A stretch of DNA of 64,000 bases from a virus: positions 2,447 to 66,446 of the IMG/VR virus record IMGVR_UViG_3300017832_000040. The stretch is one strand, 5' to 3'. Below are positions 17,230-27,238 of this stretch, piece after piece. The position numbers were made by a program, and so were the translations under genes. Within the stretch, counting starts at the first letter, position 1; each line of letters opens with the position of its first letter. The notes below the pieces were generated by a model. It had not been told where the DNA came from, made no database searches, and saw only the letters and a program-made list of their open reading frames with translations.

Positions 17230-18121
17230 AGGTCGCCGGATAATCGCCGCTGAAACAGGGTCCTTTGAAGGGGCAGTATTTGGCCCTCTGGCTCATTGCA
17301 GTCGCGCATAGCCCACAAGGCATGCCGACCTTTCCCTCCCGGAAGTCCTTGATGACCTTCGCGCGCCGGGAAATCTCCTCCGTCTCCTTGTCGTCGCGCT
17401 TGATCTCGAACTCCTTGAACGGGCTGAATTGCTCATTGAGGCCCCATTTCTTGAGCTCAGGATCGGCACAGCCAAATCCGCCTTTGCTGACGTAGAGGAT
17501 GGTCGCAACGTCCGTGCGGACCATGTTGGACCAGCTGTGCTCGCTCTCCGAAATGAGCCGCAGGTAGAAGTTCGTCCGCCAGCGGTGCTCAGCAAGAGGG
17601 GCTTTCAGGTTTTTGAACTCTTCCTTGTCCATGGTCTTGAGCTCGATCACCCGGAGCTTCTTCTAGCCAAGGGCCACGAGCATATCGACGCCGCAGCTTG
17701 CGCCGGAGATCGCGCTCTCAAAGCGGACTTCCTTGGGCTCCAGAACCTTCACGCCGCAGGTCGTGCAGGCAATCGGCCGTGTCTGGAACTCGTGAAGGGT
17801 CCCGCACGCCACGCATTTCCAGTGGCAAACCGCCTTCCCCATTTCGGCAAACCAGAGCACGATGTTGCGCTCCTGGTCCCGGCCGATCTGGAAAGTCATG
17901 CGATGCGAGGCATTCAGCCACTTATCCTTCGGCTTGTACTTGGTGACGTCGGCAAGAGCATACATGCGCGGGCACACGCCTTCCGGCTTGGTCAGCTCGG
18001 ATGCGTGGATGACGGAAAGGGAGCGTGCCTTGTCGAAGCCGGACAGATGTTGATGCAGGAGGAATTTCACGCTCCTGTCCGGCATATACGCCTTTGCTTT
18101 TTTCAGGAATTGGATTGCCAT
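17210..18121 (-). pseudogene. Cas4-like PD-(D/E)XK exonuclease interrupted by an in-frame TAG (17663-17665)
   Basis: HASEL...CPR...GVDMLVALG*KKLRVIELKT...C-terminal Cys cluster (CPFKGPC); the two track ORFs are in the same frame. Confidence 0.75.
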
Positions 18122-18543
18122 TACGAGTCACTATTTTGAGGGAAAGCCTTTTCACAGCATTCCCCTAATGCCTGCAGAAGCTCACCGAGCTCTCCCGGTT
18201 TTGGCTCCAATCTTAGTTTGAAGTCGACCTCCGGTTTATCCCCCGCCTGATAATCCACATTTACCGAAACGAATCCATTTCATGGCAGAAGGTCCTTCAT
18301 CCCGATAGCGACGAGAGCCGACACCTGGTTCCGCAACTGCGTGTCGTACTCCGCGACATTCACGGCATTCTTGAAGAACTGGGCCAGATCATAGGGCGTC
18401 ATCACCGGATTGGTGTTTGCCAGGACCAGCGCCTCGACCATCGGTTTCAGGTCCTCCATGCCCACCTTCGGCGGTTCAGGCTGCGGAGGCGGAGCCGGTG
18501 GCGGTGGTGGAGGGAGCTTCTTGACGGACTTTATCCACTTCAC
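18121..18543 (-). pseudogene. Pro-rich hypothetical gene with an in-frame TGA at 18280-18282
   Basis: The frame continues 52 sense codons past TGA to a TAA overlapping the next ATG (TAATG). Confidence 0.55.
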
Positions 18544-18896
18544 TTCATGAGCTCCTTGAACCGGTGCATCGGGATCATGACCCACTCGCCGTCGAGGTGG
18601 GGCGATCCATCGGGCTTGACGAATGAGACGGCCAACGCCGGCATTTTTCCTTCCGACCTCGCTTCTTTGCTGATCTTCACGAGCCAGTCGAACTTCACGC
18701 CCATGCTGTCCCGAGTTGTGCTCTTGGCTTCGAGCAGGACCGCGCCAAGGTCGATGTCCCCCTTGGCCCCTTCGAGCGCGCCAGAGGCCGGCCGTTGCCG
18801 GGCAGCCAGGTCTCGGGCGAGGCGTTGTTCATAGCGTCGGCCGGATCTGCCGATGCGGTGCTGCGTCTTGCGCTTGAGAAAGGGGATTTCAGTCAT
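18540..18896 (-). CDS. Hjc-like PD-(D/E)XK nuclease/resolvase
   Basis: GRRYEQRLA...SGA...KGDID...LLEAKST. Confidence 0.75.
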   Translation of the reverse strand: MTEIPFLKRKTQHRIGRSGRRYEQRLARDLAARQRPASGALEGAKGDIDLGAVLLEAKSTTRDSMGVKFDWLVKISKEARSEGKMPALAVSFVKPDGSPHLDGEWVMIPMHRFKELMK

Positions 18897-19971
18897 AGGA
18901 CCCTTCCTCGATCAGGGTTCCTTCCTTCATCATGCGGTCGATTATGTACTGGCGGATTTCGTTGCCGAACTTCTCGTCGTTGTAGAAGCGTTCCTTGAAC
19001 TCGGCCTGGGTATCGTAGAGCTCTCCCCGGATAACCCAGCCTTTGCCCTTCTCGGCCTTCTCGAACTCACCGAACGATTTGAGATATTCGGCTATGGAGC
19101 TGAAATCGTCAGACTGGCCAACTCTAAGTCCCTTGTGCGGGACGGTAACCATCGTGAACTTCCCCGAGGCATAGAGGATCGGGCACTTGTGCTTGTTCAC
19201 GACGAAGGTGACCTCCTTGGCCACCGGCATGACCGAGGAGATTTTGCTGTCGGTCACGTTCTTTCCGTAGAGCCGGAGCCGTAGGCACGCCTGATATTGC
19301 GGAGCATTGCCGCCCGGTTGCGTCTCGGGGTTCCCGAACTGGACACCGATCTTGTAGCGGATCTGATTGATGTAGAGCACCGTGGGGTAGCGGCCAGCCT
19401 TCTCGGCCTCGCCCAGCGCCCTGGTGACCTTGCGCACGAGCTTGCCGACCACGAGGCCCGATCCACCCACGAGGCTCTTCTCTGCGCTCGCTTCGCTTTC
19501 CGCCGTGGTAATGAGCGCCGCGAGACTGTCGATGGCGACGATCCCACAATCCTCCGTGTACAGCAGGCTCTCGCACATGTCGACGAGCTGTTCGGCATAG
19601 CTCGGGCGGATCACGATGAGCTTCTGAGTGTCGACGCCCAGCTTCTGTGCCCACTGTGGGTCGAATGAGTTCTCGACGTCGAAGAACACGTTCGTCTTGT
19701 CCGGCCACAGCAGCTGGTGCTTGGCGATCGCGAGCAGGACGATGTTTGTTTTGGCCGAGCTCTCCGGCCCATAGATGATCGTGGACTTGCCTTTAGGGAA
19801 GCCACCGGCCAGCGCGAGATCGAGCTCGAACATACCGGTCGGGATGCGGTCCGAATTGACGAGCTGACCGCCGAAGGACCCGATGCTCTCCCCGTATTCC
19901 TGCTGGAAACTCGCCAGCAAGTCGGCGGCGGTCGTCGTGGCCTTCTGGGATTTCTTGATGTGCACCGGCAC
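18889..19971 (-). CDS. recA: RecA/UvsX-like recombinase
   Basis: IPTG...LDLALAGGFPKG, Walker A GPESSAKT, IDSLAAL, INQIRYKIG...GNPETQPGGNA. Confidence 0.92.
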   Translation of the reverse strand: MPVHIKKSQKATTTAADLLASFQQEYGESIGSFGGQLVNSDRIPTGMFELDLALAGGFPKGKSTIIYGPESSAKTNIVLLAIAKHQLLWPDKTNVFFDVENSFDPQWAQKLGVDTQKLIVIRPSYAEQLVDMCESLLYTEDCGIVAIDSLAALITTAESEASAEKSLVGGSGLVVGKLVRKVTRALGEAEKAGRYPTVLYINQIRYKIGVQFGNPETQPGGNAPQYQACLRLRLYGKNVTDSKISSVMPVAKEVTFVVNKHKCPILYASGKFTMVTVPHKGLRVGQSDDFSSIAEYLKSFGEFEKAEKGKGWVIRGELYDTQAEFKERFYNDEKFGNEIRQYIIDRMMKEGTLIEEGSYD

Positions 19972-19972
19972 G

Positions 19973-20218
19973 TTAGTCCTGCCTCCTGGTCCAGATCACG
20001 GTGTTCTCGATCGGATCGTACTCGGCATCGTAAGTAGGCATCGTCTCAGCGGGGGCTACGGGATCGAATTGATCGCACCGGCCCACGAACTCGACGACTT
20101 TCCTGTCCGGTGGTTCTGTGTAGATCACGATCTCGACGTCTCGCAGGACCCGACGAACGATCTCGGGGTGATCCTCCAGCATCCACCGCTCGACCTCCAA
20201 CCTGCCAATTCTTTGCAA
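19973..20218 (-). CDS. hypothetical protein
   Basis: TTG start inside the 20214 palindrome variant; fills the operon gap. Confidence 0.55.
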   Translation of the reverse strand: MQRIGRLEVERWMLEDHPEIVRRVLRDVEIVIYTEPPDRKVVEFVGRCDQFDPVAPAETMPTYDAEYDPIENTVIWTRRQD

Positions 20219-20224
20219 TTAATT

Positions 20225-20542
20225 TCACTCACTCTGCAATTCGTCGATCATGCCCTGGAGTTTTGTGTCGACCCACTCCTTTGCGTAAGCAAACGCATCG
20301 TCAATCTCGGAATGCTGGCAGGGCACCTTGAGGGAGACCCCCACCTTCGCAGACTGGTAATTTCCGAGATTGTGGGTGTAGCTCATATCGACGCCGACTT
20401 CGCAGAACGGACCAGTCGCCGCTTCCTCGCTGACGCCTTCCACGACTTCCTGAGAGCTTTCCTCGGACATCACTGTTCCCTTGTCCTTGACCTGTTTGGT
20501 GATGGTGGCAGTTGCCGGTTTCTTTGCGATCTTGAGAGCCAT
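20225..20542 (-). CDS. phage hypothetical protein
   Basis: THNLGNYQSAKVGVSL; AGGAGG SD. Confidence 0.7.
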   Translation of the reverse strand: MALKIAKKPATATITKQVKDKGTVMSEESSQEVVEGVSEEAATGPFCEVGVDMSYTHNLGNYQSAKVGVSLKVPCQHSEIDDAFAYAKEWVDTKLQGMIDELQSE

Positions 20543-20555
20543 TTCAGCCTCCTGC

Positions 20556-21920
20556 TCAGCTCATTTGTTTGATCTCGCAACCGATGCTGCGATACCACTT
20601 TACCCGCGAGGCGGCGTACCCGGAAAAAACCGGACTATCATTGTCCTGAACGTCCATGACGACCGGCTGCGCCTTGTCGGGATATTCGCGGCGGATGCGG
20701 CCCACCGGCTGAGTCACATTGGAGCGCGGCATCGCCAGCAGGCACGTATCAATCCAGTCAATCGAGGTTCCCTCGCCCATCATGTTGTAGGTGGTGAAGA
20801 TGATGGGCTTGACCTTTTCCCGCTCCCTGGCCTCTCGCTCGGCTTTTGTCTGTGCCCCTATGTAGAAGCCCATCTTGCGACCAGAGATGCCGAAGATTTC
20901 ATGGCAGGCGCGATGCATGGCGCGCAGATGGTCGTGCAGCGTCGAGAACACGACGATCTGCCGGTTCTTCTCGTAAGCGGCATGGATAAGCTCTGCGAGC
21001 AAGTGATTGCGCGCGGCATCGGAGGCGAGGATCTTCTCGACATGCGCGGTCTTCCCAGGCTCGTGCGGGATGCGGACAACCCGCCTTGCCCCGGTGTTGG
21101 GATCGGTGCGCAGGACCTTCGGGCACTCCCAGGCGGACTGGAACAGGAGCACCTTGGGGATCATGAGCTGGGCTTCCGTTTTGGCCCGAATAGGACCGAT
21201 ATGGGCAAGCACCAGCAGTTCCTTGCCGTCAGCGCGCTCCGGCGTGGCGGACAGCCCGAGGCGCAGCTTGGCTGGGAACATGTCGACCACATTGGAGAAT
21301 TGCTCGGCCGGCACCCGGTGAACCTCGTCGAAGATGACGAGCCCGAAATCCTTCGTGATCCAGTCAGGATACTTCCCGTCCTTCGACAGCGAGTGGATCA
21401 TGGCCACGCAGAACTTGGTGCCGATGACCTCGCACTTGTCACCCCGGATCTCTCCGATCTCGTGCGGCGCGAGACCCAGGAATTTCTGAGCGCCATCGAT
21501 CCACTGCTTGTAGATGTCGTCCTTGGTCGTGATGACCAGCGTCTTGCGACCGACAACGTAAGCGGCGTGATACCCGAGGACCGTCTTGCCCCAGCCCGTG
21601 TAGGCGGAGACAATGCCCGAGAGCCCCTGCTTTAGGAAGGAGGCCGTCTGCTCAAAGAGCTGGACCTGATGCTCACGCGGCTGCGGAGCCTTGGGGAAAT
21701 GGACGACCTCGCCGTCAGCACGCTCGTCGATCTCCCCCACCGGGCAAAGCCCCCGAGGCAGATGAATGAGATTGCCGTCGACCCTGTGCAGCAGGACTTC
21801 CTCGCCAAACCGGGACGTGAAGCGGTATTGGCGCGCGAGCTTGGCGCTGAATGGGTAAGTCGCCACAGCTCCGGTGCGCAAAGGTTTATCGTGCCGGATC
21901 AGCTCTGAAAGGACGGCCAT
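20556..21920 (-). CDS. SF2 (UvsW-like DEAD/DEAH) helicase
   Basis: PREHQ, AYTGWGKT, DEVH, LSAT, QPVGRIRR; ATG 21920 after AGGAGG. Confidence 0.9.
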   Translation of the reverse strand: MAVLSELIRHDKPLRTGAVATYPFSAKLARQYRFTSRFGEEVLLHRVDGNLIHLPRGLCPVGEIDERADGEVVHFPKAPQPREHQVQLFEQTASFLKQGLSGIVSAYTGWGKTVLGYHAAYVVGRKTLVITTKDDIYKQWIDGAQKFLGLAPHEIGEIRGDKCEVIGTKFCVAMIHSLSKDGKYPDWITKDFGLVIFDEVHRVPAEQFSNVVDMFPAKLRLGLSATPERADGKELLVLAHIGPIRAKTEAQLMIPKVLLFQSAWECPKVLRTDPNTGARRVVRIPHEPGKTAHVEKILASDAARNHLLAELIHAAYEKNRQIVVFSTLHDHLRAMHRACHEIFGISGRKMGFYIGAQTKAEREAREREKVKPIIFTTYNMMGEGTSIDWIDTCLLAMPRSNVTQPVGRIRREYPDKAQPVVMDVQDNDSPVFSGYAASRVKWYRSIGCEIKQMS

Positions 21921-22058
21921 GAGGGTCCTCCTGACCTGACGAAATTCATGTGGGGGAGAGCCGCATCGGGATGGCTGGGCAATGGGAAGGCGACCCTCCC
22001 CCACACTCCACCGCAGACGCATAACCGGCGTGCGGCGAAGATCGTGAAATCAATTGCA

Positions 22059-22877
22059 CTAGAGCTCGTCTTTGAGGTTCGACGACCCCTTTGACAGCCC
22101 CGGCCCCGAGAGCGCCTTGCCCACACCGAGCTCGATCAGCTCCTCGGGCGTGCGGTAACGAATTTCCTCGGCGTAGTTGGCCGGCTGAACCTCTTCGAGT
22201 TGTAGACCGTACTTCCCGGCAATCTCTTCGTAGCTGGAGAACTTCTGCACGAAGTCGAACTGGTTCCCGACTGACGGCTCCTTCTCACCGGTCCGGGACA
22301 CATCGAAGGTGCAGCCGGCGAGTCCCCCTCGCTTAACCGCGAGCTTGGTCAGCTGGCGGATGATGCCCTGCTTGGCGACGAAGAGCTTGCGGGTGTTCGC
22401 AATGACCTTACCGGCGTTCGGGCCTTTCTTGACCGTGTGCTCGCTGTGGTCGATGACGGTCATGACCCCGACGAAGCTCGGGCGCTCACCGCTCTCGCAG
22501 ATCGGACAGGGCTGCGTTTTGTCGACGTCGGCGGTGCACACGAAGTGCTCCCAATTGCCGTTCATGCGGACGGTGTGCTCGTAGAACATGAAGATGTCGA
22601 GCATCCCCTCGTCAGCGAGGTCACCGTCAAGGAAGGTGATCTGACGATCTTCACCGGGAGGCAGCCAGAAGCGCCACATGCGCCCTGCTTCCTGCTTACG
22701 CAGCTCAGCCTGGGCTTCCTCGTAGGCAATGGCCTTTTTCGCGGCTTCCCCTCGTTTCAGGAAGCTCGGCACACTGGTGGCCGCTGGCTTTTTCGGGGAA
22801 AAGTTCGATGCTGCCGGTTTCGTAGTAGTTGCGGGGCTTGTGGCTGCTGCAGCCTTTTTTGCAAATTTGAGAGCCAT
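22059..22877 (-). CDS. phage single-stranded DNA-binding protein (putative)
   Basis: RFW...FYEH...C...CPIC...FDVSRTG; position in replication module. Confidence 0.65.
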   Translation of the reverse strand: MALKFAKKAAAATSPATTTKPAASNFSPKKPAATSVPSFLKRGEAAKKAIAYEEAQAELRKQEAGRMWRFWLPPGEDRQITFLDGDLADEGMLDIFMFYEHTVRMNGNWEHFVCTADVDKTQPCPICESGERPSFVGVMTVIDHSEHTVKKGPNAGKVIANTRKLFVAKQGIIRQLTKLAVKRGGLAGCTFDVSRTGEKEPSVGNQFDFVQKFSSYEEIAGKYGLQLEEVQPANYAEEIRYRTPEELIELGVGKALSGPGLSKGSSNLKDEL

Positions 22878-22954
22878 ACCAGAACTCCTAACTCCCTAGT
22901 TTTTCCCTATCCTCCCGATTTGCAATTAACTGCAATATCGGCAAAAGCCGGCGA

Positions 22955-23950
22955 TCAGTCAATAAGTGTTGTTTCAAATTTCACGAGACCTCCCAGAATT
23001 TCGCGAACTTCCTCGGGTTTGCAATCGCCCGGATCTTTTCTCCCCTTTGGCGGCTGCAGATGATGAATGACGTGATCCTCGCCCATCACGTGGTCGATTT
23101 TCGCGCGACCCGAGTCCCCGCCTTTTCCGCGATCGAGAAAGGTAATCCATTCGAGCGCGTCGGCCATTCGCTTGAGCTTCTGGACACTCGGGTTCGCAAA
23201 GAGGGGCGTCACGACATTTCGGTACACCCGAAACACGGAGGCCAGATCGAACGGCCCTTCAACGACCACGATGGGCTTGGTCAGATCGACCCAATGTTCC
23301 CCCAACCAGTAGTCAGGATTGTTCCTCCCGGCCTGCTGATACATGCGGTAGCGCGGCTCCACGCCTTCATGAATGGCCCGCCCATGCAAGCCCACCAGCC
23401 GGCCCTGGAAGTCGCGCACGGGGAAGCAAATGCGCTTTTCCTTGGTGTCGGCGCGCAGGTCCAAGGCATTGGCCACCGACGCCGGCACATTTCGCTCAGA
23501 GAGATATTTGACGGCCCATTGAGCGTCCGACCACTTGATGAAGCTGTCGAGCCACCATTCCGGGAAGTAGTGCGTGGTGTCCTGCTTCGGCGCGAACAGC
23601 ATCTCCTCGATGTCTGGGCTGTCGAAGTCGAACTCCATTGCGATCTCGGCTTCCTCGACGATTTCGAGTGCCTTGCCCCACTTCACGTCGACTTGGTGGT
23701 TCTGCTTGTTCAGGTGCCGCATTTCGAGGATCAAGCGGCCGAGCGTGCCGTGGTAACCGCATGAGAAGCAGTTCACGCGCGGATCTCCGGTCTCGATCCT
23801 GACACCGAAGACCTCGGGGCCGCTTTCCCCGCCCTCGTGCCTCCAAGGCCCAAGCGGGCACCGGCTGATAATCCAGCCAGTGCGCTTATAGGATTGGATA
23901 TTGGAGGTTCCGAGAAGCTGCAGGCATTCGACGATTTTCTCGGGCTTCAC
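22955..23950 (-). CDS. dnaG: DNA primase (Zn finger + TOPRIM)
   Basis: CPLGPWRH...CFSCG; FPVRD...GR; VVEGPFD; KDPGD. Confidence 0.85.
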   Translation of the reverse strand: MKPEKIVECLQLLGTSNIQSYKRTGWIISRCPLGPWRHEGGESGPEVFGVRIETGDPRVNCFSCGYHGTLGRLILEMRHLNKQNHQVDVKWGKALEIVEEAEIAMEFDFDSPDIEEMLFAPKQDTTHYFPEWWLDSFIKWSDAQWAVKYLSERNVPASVANALDLRADTKEKRICFPVRDFQGRLVGLHGRAIHEGVEPRYRMYQQAGRNNPDYWLGEHWVDLTKPIVVVEGPFDLASVFRVYRNVVTPLFANPSVQKLKRMADALEWITFLDRGKGGDSGRAKIDHVMGEDHVIHHLQPPKGRKDPGDCKPEEVREILGGLVKFETTLID

Positions 23951-24726
23951 AGGAGGGCCTTCAATTCCTCTCCCTGACCGGCCTGACCGGCTGGCTCGAC
24001 GGGATCGCCTGGATCAAATGGATCAACTGGATCGACTGGATCGACGGGATCAACGGGATCATCGGGCTCGAAGGGACTGACGTGAATGTGCTCGTCTTGA
24101 TCGACCGGCTCGATCTCATCGAACAGGACACCGGCCAGATTTTCCTCCCACGCCGCCTTCATGGCACTCGCACACAAACGGTCGACGTATTCGTTGCGCG
24201 GGTTCCCGTTGTGCCCCTTCACATGCTCGAAGATCACGTTGTGCTTCTTGTAGAGCTCCAGCAGGGGCTTCCAGAGGTCCCGGTTTTTCACGGGCTTGCC
24301 TTCCGATGTCACCCAGCCGTTGCGCTGCCAGTGCTTGCTCCAGACGGTGATGCCTTTGATGACGTACTGGCTGTCGGAGTACACCTTGATGTTCGGGCCG
24401 GGTTCAATCTTCTCCAGGGCCTTGATGACGGCACGCATCTCCATGCGATTGTTGGTGGTGCTGGCCATCACTCCGACGTCCTCTTTCACGGTGCCGTCCG
24501 GGAAGGTGATGTGGTAAGCCCACGCGCCTACCGCCTCTTCGGTGTTGTGCCATCCGCCGTCCGTGTAAACGACGATGGGAGGCTGACACGGGGATTCCAC
24601 CACCTTCCCCGCCCTGCACTTGACGTCGAGCTCGCGGAGCTGCGTCAGCATGGTGCTGGCAAAAAACTCCGCTTCGCCCTTGTTGTCGGCCATGAAGACG
24701 ACCGTGACCTCGTACTGCTTCTTCAT
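23947..24726 (-). CDS. rnhA: ribonuclease HI with N-terminal extension and DPV-repeat tail
   Basis: YTDGG, TNNRMEM, YSDSQY, PVKNRDLW, HVKGH...NEYVD. Confidence 0.92.
   Translation of the reverse strand: MKKQYEVTVVFMADNKGEAEFFASTMLTQLRELDVKCRAGKVVESPCQPPIVVYTDGGWHNTEEAVGAWAYHITFPDGTVKEDVGVMASTTNNRMEMRAVIKALEKIEPGPNIKVYSDSQYVIKGITVWSKHWQRNGWVTSEGKPVKNRDLWKPLLELYKKHNVIFEHVKGHNGNPRNEYVDRLCASAMKAAWEENLAGVLFDEIEPVDQDEHIHVSPFEPDDPVDPVDPVDPVDPFDPGDPVEPAGQAGQGEELKALL
23997..24060. repeat. 9-bp tandem repeat encoding DPV/DPF/DPG
   Basis: About 7 GGATC-containing units. Confidence 0.8.
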
Positions 24727-24730
24727 GAGG

Positions 24731-25189
24731 TTAGTCCCTCTTCACGATCTTGAAGCTGCGCGAGGTCCGCTCCTCCTCGATGACCTCCTCCCGCTGCGGG
24801 AGCGTGAGGTAAGCGTCGATGTCTTTGAGGTTCACCTTGCAAACCTGATAGAACAGGTCATCCCCCATCAGCTCCTGGACCTTCTTGATGTCCTTGATGT
24901 GTCGGGAAGTGCCCTTCTTGCCGATCTCCAGCTTGTAGACGGTCCCGAGTTCGACGAGCTCTTCATCGGGGTCACCCTCCAGCTCATCGATCTTCGCCTT
25001 GAGCCGCTTCACCGCGTCGTTGTAGGGCTTGAGCTCTTCCTGCAGCTTCTTGATCTTGGCGTTGATCTTCTCCGCATCCTTGGAGAGCACGCCCACTTCA
25101 TCGATCAGTTCAGCGAACTCGCTGACGAGATCGTAATCCGGCTGCTTCTGCAGTGCCTGGATCTTTTTCTTTGTCAGAACGATAGCCAT
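24731..25189 (-). CDS. coiled-coil hypothetical protein
   Basis: Own promoter TTGACC-N16-TACCGT; GGAGG SD. Confidence 0.75.
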   Translation of the reverse strand: MAIVLTKKKIQALQKQPDYDLVSEFAELIDEVGVLSKDAEKINAKIKKLQEELKPYNDAVKRLKAKIDELEGDPDEELVELGTVYKLEIGKKGTSRHIKDIKKVQELMGDDLFYQVCKVNLKDIDAYLTLPQREEVIEEERTSRSFKIVKRD

Positions 25190-25261
25190 TTTACCCTCCG
25201 TGGTTTCGCTGGCCTACTTTCACGGTAACTTTGAGCCAGCCTGGGTCAAGTGTTTTTGCAA

Positions 25262-25369
25262 TTAATTGCCATTGGTACGGCAATAACTACCCCAGCCAAT
25301 GATGAAAAGAACCACGAGGATCGCCAGCACCAAAAGCCCAGCGATGTCTGCCACGTAGGTCCACCACAT
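25262..25369 (-). CDS. 35-aa single-TM peptide (not in ORF track)
   Basis: MWWTYVADIAGLLVLAILVVLFIIGWGSYCRTNGN*; GGAGG SD; stop inside palindrome 25257. Confidence 0.6.
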   Translation of the reverse strand: MWWTYVADIAGLLVLAILVVLFIIGWGSYCRTNGN

Positions 25370-25380
25370 TTCATCCTCCC

Positions 25381-26670
25381 TCACACAAATTGCAGCTCTG
25401 TCACGTCTTCCTCCTCAATCTCTGAGAAGTCCATGGATTGCCAATCCCACTTGGTGTGGAATTGCCCTACCTCGCCGGAACGGCCTTTCAGGATTTCGAC
25501 CTTCCGCTGTTTGAGCGTTTCGACGGACTCCTCCTCGAACAGCCCGAGCACGATGGAAGCGACCTGGGCAATCGCGTCGGAGTAGCCAATGTCTTCGAGC
25601 CCGACCTTCTCGGCCTTCTTCGAGTTCTGTTTCTTCGCGGCGGTTCGGGCGAACTGCCAGGAGCACACGACCGGCGCGAGCGCCGCGAGCTCTGACTTGA
25701 TAAGCTCCGCATTCTCAGCCACCCGGCGATACCGGTCCCGCTCGGTCGGGTGCTTCACGAGGTAGGCACCGTCGATGAAGATCGCGGCGGGCTTGAGCTG
25801 CCGGGCCATCATCCAGATGTCCTCGACGGTGGCGGCGAGGTTCCCGTCCACGACGTAGAACGGAAAGGGGTAGCCCTTGATCTCCGTCAGGCCCTTCTTG
25901 AGCTTCGAGAGATTGGCCGTGGACAGCGTGGCGTGTTTCAGCTGTGCAGCCGGGAGGCTTGTCTGCAGGGCGGCCAGACGCTGCTGGATGGAGAGCACGT
26001 CCATCTCCATCGAGACGAACATGCGGGATTGGTCGTGTTCGGGAGTCTTGCCCTGGACCGCTTCCTCGCCGGCCTTTTTCCAGCCGTGGAGCGCCCCGTA
26101 AAGCAGCATGAGGCTCTTGCCTGCAGCCGGCCGGCCCACGATGCTGAGCACGTCCCCGCGCACGAGCCCCCCCGACATCTTGTCGAGAGTGGGCCAGCCG
26201 AGCTGCAAACCGTATTCGTCCATCGCATTGAACTTGGACGCGTAGGTTTTCATCAGAAGCCCGTAGGCATCGCGGAAGTCCACGATCTGCTTCGAGTGCT
26301 TCTGCGCAATTAATTGCATTGCTGCGTCCGCAATAAGCCCCAGGGCCTCGTGCGGGTCCTTGTTCTCGGGCAGGAGAAGGTTGCTGACCTCCTTCATCGT
26401 GCGCTTGAGGGAGAGCTCGATATGCCGAGCCTCCATCAGGTCGAAGTAGTACCCCGAGGGCTCGGTATGGGGGACCAGCTTCTCCCCCGTGTGCTTCTCG
26501 ATCGTCTCCTCTGTGGGGAGCGCCTGATACTGCTTCACGAAGTCCCGGACGAACTCGTAGACCTCGACCTCGGTCCCCTTGAACAGGTGCTCAATCTTGC
26601 CGTGCTGCAGGAACGCAGCTACCGAGTTCTCGGCCAGAACGGCCGATAGCCACATCTTGCCGATCGACAC
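25381..26670 (-). CDS. dnaB: replicative DnaB-like helicase
   Basis: LDKMSGGL, GRPAAGKS, FVSMEM, IFIDG, SDAIAQ, ILKGRSGE. Confidence 0.9.
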   Translation of the reverse strand: MSIGKMWLSAVLAENSVAAFLQHGKIEHLFKGTEVEVYEFVRDFVKQYQALPTEETIEKHTGEKLVPHTEPSGYYFDLMEARHIELSLKRTMKEVSNLLLPENKDPHEALGLIADAAMQLIAQKHSKQIVDFRDAYGLLMKTYASKFNAMDEYGLQLGWPTLDKMSGGLVRGDVLSIVGRPAAGKSLMLLYGALHGWKKAGEEAVQGKTPEHDQSRMFVSMEMDVLSIQQRLAALQTSLPAAQLKHATLSTANLSKLKKGLTEIKGYPFPFYVVDGNLAATVEDIWMMARQLKPAAIFIDGAYLVKHPTERDRYRRVAENAELIKSELAALAPVVCSWQFARTAAKKQNSKKAEKVGLEDIGYSDAIAQVASIVLGLFEEESVETLKQRKVEILKGRSGEVGQFHTKWDWQSMDFSEIEEEDVTELQFV

Positions 26671-26671
26671 G

Positions 26672-27238
26672 TCACCCTCCCACCTTCACGAAGAACTGCT
26701 CGATCAGCTTCTTCATCGGCGCTCCGTACTCCTTCCCGAGAAGGCTGAGGTCAGTCGCGTAGATGACCGTCTGCTGACCGGAGAGCTGGCGGGAGATGAG
26801 CATGTCGTAGAGAGCGGAAATCTGCCATTTGGCGAGGTGGCCTCCATCGGCGGCGGGGATGAAGAAATTCGGTATCAGGATGCACGTGAGGTTCGGCAGG
26901 GAGCTCGAAGCCAGCGCATCGAGGACCGCGCCCACCGTCATCACCCGCGCCCGAATGAAGTTACGCACGAGGCAGCCGGCGATGGCAGACATTCTCTGGT
27001 CGATGCTGTCGATCCCCGCCTTGGCCGTGTAGCAGAGCCCGCTGCTCTCACCGGCCAGATGCTTGCGGAAGTGCCGGAGATAGTTCCTCTCGGCTGCTGT
27101 CACATCGTCGGGGAGCGGATGGTAAATCCAGTGAGGCTGAATGCCGGCGTCTCGCGCATAGTTCTCAAGGTCAGCCACAAGGCGGGCATGATGCTCCGCA
27201 TTGAGGGCTCCGAATGCGTATGGGTCGACCGTCGTCAC
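26672..27238 (-). CDS. DnaC-like helicase loader (degenerate ATPase)
   Basis: Between initiator and dnaB; LYDMLISRQLSGQQTVIYATDL resembles the DnaC C-terminus; no clear Walker A. Confidence 0.5.
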   Translation of the reverse strand: MTTVDPYAFGALNAEHHARLVADLENYARDAGIQPHWIYHPLPDDVTAAERNYLRHFRKHLAGESSGLCYTAKAGIDSIDQRMSAIAGCLVRNFIRARVMTVGAVLDALASSSLPNLTCILIPNFFIPAADGGHLAKWQISALYDMLISRQLSGQQTVIYATDLSLLGKEYGAPMKKLIEQFFVKVGG

